A stretch of DNA of 64,000 bases from an uncultured Desulfobacterales bacterium. GTDB lineage: Bacteria; Desulfobacterota; Desulfobacteria; Desulfobacterales; Desulfobacteraceae. The stretch's first letter is position 1, and every line of letters begins with the position of its first letter. The position numbers were made by a program, and so were the translations under genes. The stretch is from NCBI GenBank assembly GCA_964539635.1, contig CAZIJN010000005.1:78765-142764 (forward strand). The letters run 5' to 3'. Under the pieces are notes generated by a model. The model was given only the letters and a program-made list of their open reading frames with translations. It was not told where the DNA came from and made no database searches. This document shows, one piece after another, positions 56,536-64,000 of this stretch.

Positions 56536-56570
56536 GATCTTGTCTCCTATCTCTGATGAGATCGTTATTT

Positions 56571-57011
56571 TCAATCGAAACCTTTTCTACGCATAATATC
56601 TTTCATTCTTGCTTCAACTATCTTGCTCTCCTGCGCCCGTTTTTTTGCAACAGCTTCACCCACTTTAGTAACAAGAACCTCCATGTCACAAGGCTTCATA
56701 AGATAGTCAAATGCCCCTTTTTTCATACCGTCAATAGCTGATGGAACTGTCGCGTGTCCTGTCAGCATAATAACTTCAACTAATGGATATTTACGCTTAA
56801 TCTCTTCAAGTGTCTCAATTCCGTCCATTCCGGGCATCTTTACATCAAGAATAACAACTTCTGGATCAAAGTTTCCTGACCCTAATCTTTCTAATGCCTC
56901 CATTCCGCTGTGAGCCATCTCTACGTTAAAATTACGTTTTTTCAGGCGTTTGCTGATTGCTTCGATAAAGGGAACTTCATCATCGACTAAAAGCAGTTTT
57001 GGTTCGTTCAT
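56571..57011 (-). CDS. Stand-alone response regulator receiver
   Basis: LLVDDE, LDVKMPG, YLMKP. Confidence 0.9.
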   Translation of the reverse strand: MNEPKLLLVDDEVPFIEAISKRLKKRNFNVEMAHSGMEALERLGSGNFDPEVVILDVKMPGMDGIETLEEIKRKYPLVEVIMLTGHATVPSAIDGMKKGAFDYLMKPCDMEVLVTKVGEAVAKKRAQESKIVEARMKDIMRRKGFD

Positions 57012-57065
57012 AACTTTCCTCCTTAAGATTATTGTATTAATGTAATTATCTATTCTATATTTATT

Positions 57066-58838
57066 CTACTCTTGATCTTCAATAGCAGGGATTGATATCG
57101 TAAATACCGTTCCTTCATTTGTCGCACTTTTTACAGTGATGTTGCCGCCTAATTTATTGATAATTCCGTAGCATATATAAAGCCCCAATCCTGTACCTTT
57201 GCCGACTGGCTTTGTAGTAAAAAATGGGTCAAATATCCTTGCAAGATGCTCTTGTGAAATTCCTGAGCCGTTGTCCTCAACAACTATCTTTACCATTTTA
57301 TCTTCTTTTGATGTGGAGATGAGAATTTTACCGCCAATCTCTTTCATGGAATCCATTGCATTGTTGATAAGGTTGAAGAGAATCTGCTGAATCTCTGTTT
57401 GAGATGCCATGAACTGGAGATTATTCTGTTTAAAATGCTGTTCAAAGCTGATATTGCTGAACTTTGCTTCATGGGCAAAAAGATTTACAGTTTCAGTTAT
57501 AAGATCGTTGATATTGATGATATGGGTTCCGCTCTCTGCTGGTCTTGCAAAACTCAGCAGTTTATGGGTGATATCACGGCATCTTAAACCCTGCTTCCGT
57601 ATCTGATCCAAAGCACGGGTAAACTCTTCAAGATTTTCACTCTTCTGAAACTCCTCTTCTGCAAGCAAATCTTTAATCCACCCTGCCTCTTCAACCATAA
57701 TAGCTACAGGGTTGTTGATCTCATGAGCTATACCTGCTGCCATTTCCCCAAGTGCTGCAAGTCTGCCGTGTTCAATTACTTGCTGATTCATCATCTCTTT
57801 CTCTCCTTCTGCCTTAAGAAGTCTTGCCACCATTCTCCGAGACAGAATAAGTGCCATGGTGATGATGGCGATACCACCTGATATAAATGCTATCAATGCT
57901 ATCATGCGGATGCGGTTTAAGTCTGCAAATGCATCATCTGCATCTTGTTGAAATATTAAAACCCAATCTTTGTTCTGAAGCATTGTTGCTACATAAAGTG
58001 TTTTTCCAATGCGTCTGTGTTCAATTGAGGTTTGTCTTTTGTCAATAATCTTTCCAGAGTTTGCAGGAAGCATTTTGCTGTACAGCCCTTTTGGATCGTC
58101 TATTTTTAAAGATGCGTGGGTCTGGAACTCTCCATTTTGATTAAGGATAAATGCAACTCCTGTTTCGCCGATTCTTATATTTTCAACAAGGTCTGTAAAT
58201 GCCTGAAAATGAACTGATGTGCGGAGTATCCAAGGCTTGCCATCTTTGAACTGGCGGGTTGTTACTGTAAAATGAGGAAATCCTCTCATTCCTAAGAAAA
58301 CATCGCTGATATAGTGGGGCTGTGTAATAGCCATTTTAAACCAGTCAGCATCTTTATAGTGTGCACCTTCAAGCCCAAATGGTCCAGCATATGCAATCTG
58401 CTCACCCTGATCGTTTAGAACTGCAAGATCGGTGAAAACCTCCCCATATTCGCGTTGGAGTATGGCAAGCTGCTTTTCCAATAGATCGTGATCTGTTAGC
58501 TGTTCAAATGTTGTTATTGATACTAATTGATTTAGGTTGTTTTGACGTTCATTAAGAAACACATCAATGTTCTGGCGATGTTTTTTTACAAGAGTATCAA
58601 GATGGGCACTTACCTTTGCACTGTATGTTGTGGTGAACTGCACAAATAGAACTCCAGCCACAAAGATTAGCGGCATGAAAGAGACTATGATCACAGTAAA
58701 CATAATGTTTCTGGATAGAGAACGATAATAGCTTTTATCTGTTTTAGACTCACGGTTCTTCAAATTAGATTCGTCTTTTTTTGAGTTAGAATCTTCTTGC
58801 TGAGAATTTGACAGAGTTTTCTGTAAAGCCTTTTCCAT
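57066..58838 (-). CDS. Sensor histidine kinase (Cache, NtrB-type HisKA)
   Basis: Two TMs, [35 protein letters not shown]. Confidence 0.92.
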   Translation of the reverse strand: MEKALQKTLSNSQQEDSNSKKDESNLKNRESKTDKSYYRSLSRNIMFTVIIVSFMPLIFVAGVLFVQFTTTYSAKVSAHLDTLVKKHRQNIDVFLNERQNNLNQLVSITTFEQLTDHDLLEKQLAILQREYGEVFTDLAVLNDQGEQIAYAGPFGLEGAHYKDADWFKMAITQPHYISDVFLGMRGFPHFTVTTRQFKDGKPWILRTSVHFQAFTDLVENIRIGETGVAFILNQNGEFQTHASLKIDDPKGLYSKMLPANSGKIIDKRQTSIEHRRIGKTLYVATMLQNKDWVLIFQQDADDAFADLNRIRMIALIAFISGGIAIITMALILSRRMVARLLKAEGEKEMMNQQVIEHGRLAALGEMAAGIAHEINNPVAIMVEEAGWIKDLLAEEEFQKSENLEEFTRALDQIRKQGLRCRDITHKLLSFARPAESGTHIININDLITETVNLFAHEAKFSNISFEQHFKQNNLQFMASQTEIQQILFNLINNAMDSMKEIGGKILISTSKEDKMVKIVVEDNGSGISQEHLARIFDPFFTTKPVGKGTGLGLYICYGIINKLGGNITVKSATNEGTVFTISIPAIEDQE

Positions 58839-58908
58839 AATTCACCGCCTGAGATAACAGGTTAAATAGTTTATCAGCCGCTTATTCTTAATTATGGCAA
58901 TTTAGATT

Positions 58909-58925
58909 AGCAACATACATGCCAA
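58909..58925 (-). promoter_or_regulatory. Sigma54 (-24/-12) promoter for the kinase-receiver operon; IHF consensus at 59008-59020
   Basis: Minus strand TTGGCAT-GTATG-TTGCT; aatcaa-tatg-tta matches WATCAAN4TTR. Confidence 0.8.
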
Positions 58926-59099
58926 ACATTAATTAGTCATATTTTTTAATATCTACCACAATTTTGTTAAAGATTAGTTTATATTAATTTGTAAAAACAT
59001 CTTTTTAAATCAATATGTTATATAAGATAAAATATTTTGGAGTGCGGATTTATCCATATTTGTAAATAGCCGTTTCTACCTATTAACGATTAGCTCTCT

Positions 59100-59132
59100 T
59101 CGGCTTCTTTTACACTGTGTAAAAGAAGCCGA
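59100..59132. repeat. Perfect 33-bp palindrome (16-bp arms, 1-nt centre)
   Basis: tcggcttcttttacac-t-gtgtaaaagaagccga. Confidence 0.9.
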
Positions 59133-59224
59133 CACCCTTGAAAAATCAGGCATCTTCGGGCTATAAATAGGGTAAAAAACGGACGAATATCATAGAAAAA
59201 TAGATAATATTCTGCTATGGATAA

Positions 59225-59266
59225 AAAATGGGGAGTTATGACTCAGCGAGGCATAACTCCCCATTT
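59225..59266 (-). terminator. Intrinsic terminator of the CBS-DASS operon
   Basis: atgggagttatg/cataactccccat stem followed by a T-run on the minus strand. Confidence 0.7.
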
Positions 59267-59322
59267 TAAATGCGGGGGGGGTGTAAGGTTTTAGGTTTTA
59301 TTTAAAATAGAGTTAAAACAAT

Positions 59323-59348
59323 TAGAGACGCACGGCTATGCGTTTCTA
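59323..59348. repeat. GTAG-type REP-like palindrome (degenerate)
   Basis: tagagacgcacggctatgcgtttcta. Confidence 0.75.
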
Positions 59349-59401
59349 ATTGTTTGTAATTAAATATATTGGAAAATTTCGTATAAAAATCTATTTTTAT
59401 A

Positions 59402-60877
59402 CTATTTAACAAGAATCGGCATACCCATCATAGGCCAGATAACAAATACAGCAAGTGCCACCACGCCCATCAAAATAATACTTGTAGGGATTCCATGAAG
59501 AAAAAATTCACCAGGTGTAAACTGCTTGGAGTTATATGCAATAGCATTTGGAGCAGCACCAACAAGAAGAAGGAACGGCATACCAGCAGTTAAAAGTGAA
59601 GCGTAAAGAATTACATCGCCGGCAACGCCTAAATATGGAGCAATAACAAGGGCAACTGGAAGTGATATGGCAATTGCAGCAACGTTCATAATAAAGTTGG
59701 TCATTACCATTACAAAGAACGCTATACCCATTACAAATATAAACCAGTTGGCATCTTTAAATATCGCAAGCCAGTTGATAGCCATCCACTCAGCAGCACC
59801 AGTCTCCCACAAGCAGAAACCGATACTCATTGCACCAGCAAACAGAAGAATGATGTTCCATGGGATATCTTCTAAATCGTCAATATCAAGGATGCCGGTG
59901 ATGAAAAATAAAATTGTTGAGATAAGCATTACAGCGGTTTTATTAGGAGATTTAAAACCGGGAATATAAGCACTCATAATTGCAAAAGAGGCAAGAGCTA
60001 TAATAACCACGCCAACAATAATAGCAGCCATCCACTCTTTTTTAGTTACCTGTCCAAGATCAGCGTAAAGAGATTTTGCCTTTTCTCTAAGACCTGGAAT
60101 GGTCTTTTTTTCAGGCTTCATAACGATCATAAAGTAGAGCCAGAGAAGAGCTACCATAAGCCAGCCGACTGGAAGCATGTAATAAGTCAATTCAAAAAAT
60201 CCAATCTCTTTTCCAGCAATATCTTTGAAAAAACCAACAGCAACAGCACCACGGGCAGCACCAAGCAGAGTTACAACAGAGCCAGCACCTGCTACATAAG
60301 CCATACCCATAAAAAGCCCTTTACCAAATTTGCTCGGCTTGTCGCTATCATCATAAAGTGAATAGATAGCTATCAATAAAGGGTATATTGTTGCGGCAAC
60401 AGCAGTGTGTGCCATAATAAGGGTCAGAAAGGCTACAACAACAAAGCACCCTAAATATATCATGCTGGTTCTTTCACCGACAATGGCGAGCATCTTGTAT
60501 GCAAGTCGTTTGGTAAGACCTGTTTTGGTAAACACAAGACCGATTACAATAGAGCCAAATATAAACATAACAGATGGATCCATAAAATCTTTAAAAGCCT
60601 TATCTGCAGGACGGATTAAAAAAAGTGCTTGCACAACGCCGATTGCAAGGCTTGTAACGCCGATGGGCACAACTTCAAATACCCACCATGTACCTGCAAG
60701 GAGAAATAGTGCAATTGCACCTTTGCCTTGGGGGCTTAATGCAAAATGTTTTCCCATAGGATCAACAGCGTCAGGCCACATTGGAGAGTAAAATACTATT
60801 ACAAACAGCCCAACACCAACAAAAAGACATATAAGTTTAGTCCAGTTTATCTTTTTTTCTTCTTGTACAGCGTTCAT
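59402..60877 (-). CDS. DASS/SLC13-family anion:sodium symporter
   Basis: WWVFEVVPIGVTSL, IPWNIILLFAG, TNFIMNVAA, GAAPNAIAY. Confidence 0.88.
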   Translation of the reverse strand: MNAVQEEKKINWTKLICLFVGVGLFVIVFYSPMWPDAVDPMGKHFALSPQGKGAIALFLLAGTWWVFEVVPIGVTSLAIGVVQALFLIRPADKAFKDFMDPSVMFIFGSIVIGLVFTKTGLTKRLAYKMLAIVGERTSMIYLGCFVVVAFLTLIMAHTAVAATIYPLLIAIYSLYDDSDKPSKFGKGLFMGMAYVAGAGSVVTLLGAARGAVAVGFFKDIAGKEIGFFELTYYMLPVGWLMVALLWLYFMIVMKPEKKTIPGLREKAKSLYADLGQVTKKEWMAAIIVGVVIIALASFAIMSAYIPGFKSPNKTAVMLISTILFFITGILDIDDLEDIPWNIILLFAGAMSIGFCLWETGAAEWMAINWLAIFKDANWFIFVMGIAFFVMVMTNFIMNVAAIAISLPVALVIAPYLGVAGDVILYASLLTAGMPFLLLVGAAPNAIAYNSKQFTPGEFFLHGIPTSIILMGVVALAVFVIWPMMGMPILVK

Positions 60878-61449
60878 TATTTATTACCTCCATCATCAAG
60901 CCCGCACTGTTTCATTGAATCGCAAATATAATCAAAAACATCGGTAAGTCTAAGGATTCCAGTAATTGTATCATCTTTCGTTACAAGAAGAGATTGATGA
61001 TAACCGCATACCATTTGGTGTATAGCTTCATCTAAAGAGGCTGACTCATCAATATACTCTCCTTCTGCAGGTTTTCTCATAAATTTGGTAACTGATATCT
61101 CTCCTGCTTTTTTACAGAGGTCTGCAAGGGGTGAGTCCCAAAGGTTGTAGTAATTTACAAGAGATTTGATAAACTTACTCGAAAATCCATACATTGCAAG
61201 GTTAGAACCCTCCTGCATCTCTGAATACTTAGGCTCAAGAGCACGCAGCACGTCCATCTGGCTGACCTTGCCTAACACCTGACCATTTGTACTTAGAACA
61301 AGTATTGCTCTGTGGGGATATTTTGTCCCCTGATAAGCATCTTGAGCTTTCTCAAGTGCCAAAACAGCCTCAAAAAGAGTTGCTGTCTCTTCTACTGTCG
61401 CATACTTTGACAGTGATACCATTAGCTCTTTTACTTTATAGTTTTTCAA
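60877..61449 (-). CDS. CBS-domain protein
   Basis: VKELMV...YATV, LDEAIHQM...LLVT..GILRLTDVF; abuts the DASS start. Confidence 0.8.
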   Translation of the reverse strand: MKNYKVKELMVSLSKYATVEETATLFEAVLALEKAQDAYQGTKYPHRAILVLSTNGQVLGKVSQMDVLRALEPKYSEMQEGSNLAMYGFSSKFIKSLVNYYNLWDSPLADLCKKAGEISVTKFMRKPAEGEYIDESASLDEAIHQMVCGYHQSLLVTKDDTITGILRLTDVFDYICDSMKQCGLDDGGNK

Positions 61450-61787
61450 TGTTGTCTCTCCTTCTTTATTTATACATTCAGCACTCTACTGTGCTTTAAA
61501 GTCATTATGTTTTCAGATATTACCATTTTCCCATCATTATGCTTATAAAAAACTGCATACGCCTATCACAAAGTGATAATCAGGTCAAGATAGAGTATAA
61601 GATAATAGTTTGATTTCACTGTATTTACAGATAGTTTAATTACTGACTGATGAGTCAGTCATATTGCTACTCTATTTATGCAAAATCTTGATATAACAGT
61701 TCATACATGATAGAGATAGATCAATAAATAATAGACTGAGACTATAAAATTACATAAATTAATATTTTATTTAAGGGATAAAAACTT

Positions 61788-63209
61788 ATGCAGGAGTTAC
61801 AAAAACTTTATGATAGAATTATTCAGAGAGTAAATATCAATTTAAGAGAGTTGGAGTTTGACGTAAATCCTTATGTCAAGGATATTATCTCATTTGAACA
61901 GATGTGTAAATTTTACGCATTTTTTGGTATCTCTCCACACCATCCTTTAAACTTTCAATTCAAACACTCCAATCTTGCAGGCAGCTATTTTTTGGGTCAA
62001 TGTAAGATTACAAATTCATTACTATACAAAAGCGATATCAGAGGAGACGAGCTGAAAAAAAAGGGCGATATTTTTCAGTATCAGAACTTTGAGATTCCAG
62101 TAAGCAGGGACGAAGAGATTTATATCCAAGACAGTATGCTGATCAAGACTCTTGTGCATAACTATTCACATGATCCAGAGACGCTTGAGGAATTTTTCAT
62201 TAGAAATACAGTAGCTGCCAATTACGCAAATATTCATGGTTCTCCGTCAGACGGCTCTTTTGTGGGATCGTTTTCCACAGTAGATTTAACAACAATGAGA
62301 GACTGCGTTATCGGCAACTTTGCATACATACAGGCTGGAGAGATATCTCATTTAAATATTGCTCCCGGCACGGTGTGGGTAAGAAATCCAGAAGAGTTTA
62401 ACTTTATGTACCAGCACCCTGTTGATCTGCTTAATGACTATATATACTTTAAGGCTGCTGTCCCTCCACGGGGTATTTTTATCGACTTTGTTGAGGATCG
62501 AAAAGAGGCATTTCAGAGGGTTTTTGATGTTGTTAATATTGAGCACTCAACACCTGTTCCAAGCAGTGCCTCCTTAGATAGATATGCAGTGAATAAGCCG
62601 CCCACACACATAGGAGAGAATGTTCTGGTCTCTCAGCGTGCATATCTTCAAAACGCATGGCTCGGCAAAGGTGCAAATGCTCAGGAGAACTGCTATATTA
62701 TCAACTCCCGTCTTGAGGGGAATAACGTTACCGCTCATGGGGCAAAAATAATCAGTGCTGACCTTGGAACTAATGTGTTTGTGGGATTTAATGGTTTTCT
62801 AAGAGGTGCTGCCGGCAAAGGTCTTACAATCGGAAATGATTGTATCATAATGCCTCATACGATTATTGATGTCCGCGTACCGTTAAATATTCCTGAAGGG
62901 CACTTGGTTTGGGGTATGATAAAATCAGAAGCAGACCTTGCCCGTCACAGCATTGCTATTGAGGATTTCTCTAAAATAGAGTCAAGTTTTACTATGGGCA
63001 GCATGTTTTTTGAAGGGAGCGGCAGCAGTTTTATCGGTGCATTTAGAGAGAGAATCCACCACATCTTAGAGGCAAATGGCGCATTTTTTGATGGAAGCGA
63101 GAAAAAGGGTCATGCCCAGAAAAACCAGTTCATATCGTTCAACACGCTGCAACCTTATCCTGAAGGCAAAAATAAAGGGCTTTATCCAACAATAAGCATA
63201 AAACCTTAA
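61788..63209 (+). CDS. Left-handed beta-helix (hexapeptide repeat) protein, unknown function
   Basis: IGENVLV, LGKGANA, LGTNVFVG, IGNDCII and VIGNFAYI hexapeptide runs; 473 aa. Confidence 0.65.
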   Translation: MQELQKLYDRIIQRVNINLRELEFDVNPYVKDIISFEQMCKFYAFFGISPHHPLNFQFKHSNLAGSYFLGQCKITNSLLYKSDIRGDELKKKGDIFQYQNFEIPVSRDEEIYIQDSMLIKTLVHNYSHDPETLEEFFIRNTVAANYANIHGSPSDGSFVGSFSTVDLTTMRDCVIGNFAYIQAGEISHLNIAPGTVWVRNPEEFNFMYQHPVDLLNDYIYFKAAVPPRGIFIDFVEDRKEAFQRVFDVVNIEHSTPVPSSASLDRYAVNKPPTHIGENVLVSQRAYLQNAWLGKGANAQENCYIINSRLEGNNVTAHGAKIISADLGTNVFVGFNGFLRGAAGKGLTIGNDCIIMPHTIIDVRVPLNIPEGHLVWGMIKSEADLARHSIAIEDFSKIESSFTMGSMFFEGSGSSFIGAFRERIHHILEANGAFFDGSEKKGHAQKNQFISFNTLQPYPEGKNKGLYPTISIKP

Positions 63210-63297
63210 TATATTTAAGAAATCATAGATATTTTAAATCATAGATGATTTTAATAGATAGCATTTTGTAGTTTAAATAATTATATAGCGTAATTCC

Positions 63298-63321
63298 GTA
63301 GGGGTGCAGCGTGCTGCACCC
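63298..63321. terminator. GTAG-led GC hairpin between convergent genes
   Basis: gtaggggtgcagc-gt-gctgcaccc followed by T7. Confidence 0.7.
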
Positions 63322-63353
63322 TTTTTTTATATCTTAATTTTTATATTTTGTCG

Positions 63354-64000
63354 CTATTTCTCAAGTTTTAACCGCAATGTTTTTCTGTCAATACCAAGAA
63401 TCTGGGCAGCTTTAGTCTTGTTTCCTCTAACACTTGCAAGCACTGAATTAATATACTCTTTTTCAAACTCTTTTAGAGTCTTAAATTGGCTGCTGTTCTT
63501 TTGATTTACGCTAAATCGCATAGATTCAGGAAGATCAGAGACTTTTATCTGGTTATTATCTACAATCACCACAAGTCTTTGGACAAGATTTTCAAGCTCT
63601 CTTACATTGCCGGGCCAATCATAATTTTTAAGAGCTTGAAGTGCATTATCAGTGAAGAGCCGGGGATTTTCAAACTCCATCTCTTCTGAAAATTTTTTTA
63701 GATAAAAACTTACAAGAGGCAGGATATCTTCACGTCTCTCTCGAAGAGGCGGAATAGTAATATTTATCACATCTAAGCGGTAGTAAAGGTCTTCTCGAAA
63801 CAGCCCTTTTGGAATCATAGATTTTAAATCTTTATGAGATGCAGCAATAATACGAGCGTCAATTTTTTGAATTTGGCTTGAGCCGACCATGTTAATCTCT
63901 TTATTTTGAAGAACTCTGAGAAGTTTTGCCTGCATTCCAGGGCTTGCGTCCCCTATCTCATCTAAGAAGATCGTTCCATGCTCTGCTATCTGAAAAAAAC
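63354..64000 (-). CDS. Sigma54-dependent enhancer-binding protein (NtrC/Fis family), 5' part beyond the window
   Basis: GTIFLDEIGD upstream of the track start, QAKLLRVLQ, FREDLYYRL, WPGNVRELEN, GNKTKAAQILGIDRKTL. Confidence 0.95.
   Translation of the reverse strand, partial: FFQIAEHGTIFLDEIGDASPGMQAKLLRVLQNKEINMVGSSQIQKIDARIIAASHKDLKSMIPKGLFREDLYYRLDVINITIPPLRERREDILPLVSFYLKKFSEEMEFENPRLFTDNALQALKNYDWPGNVRELENLVQRLVVIVDNNQIKVSDLPESMRFSVNQKNSSQFKTLKEFEKEYINSVLASVRGNKTKAAQILGIDRKTLRLKLEK

Noticed and set aside
1545-63689. Numerous 60-150 aa ORF-track entries antisense or out of frame to long genes (e.g. 1955, 3086, 8846, 9144, 38667, 44683, 53003, 60405)
   Set aside because: No motifs or RBS, and fully overlapped by well-supported genes.
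1-64000. tRNA, rRNA or integron integrase
   Set aside because: No cloverleaf, rRNA-like stretch or tyrosine-recombinase motif set was seen.

Overview
AT-rich chromosomal window from an anaerobe whose gene content (periplasmic CbiK, Ehr complex, TauE/PEP-binding/DASS/CBS cluster, several sigma54 elements) points to Desulfobacterota, probably Desulfobacterales (inference). Core genes: ampG, an entericidin lipoprotein, an orphan ParA with an unusual partner, coaE, recC-recB-recD, a cobalamin-riboswitch-led TonB receptor plus cbiK, macAB with an outer-membrane factor, glgP, a PcrA/UvrD helicase, a six-gene Ehr (hydrogenase-4-like, no Ni ligands) operon, a YhaO/YhaN nuclease-ATPase pair, and a sigma54-led kinase/three-receiver/TauE/PEP-utiliser cluster. 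Best leads: (1) a 2.3 kb insert splitting yhaO from yhaN, holding a Y1 HUH transposase flanked by 92-bp triple-palindrome REP units and toxin-antitoxin cassettes each bracketed by a second inverted-repeat family, which looks like an integrase-free cassette array; (2) a 60-bp module inserted in the same reading frame in two unrelated genes (coaE, recC); (3) an IS607-type element with decayed tnpA and intact tnpB, followed by an orphan IS605-type right end; (4) a TA remnant inside the Ehr operon; (5) a possible PEP-linked phosphorelay. No rRNA, tRNA or CRISPR array was seen. Family assignments come from motif recognition by eye; no database searches were run.
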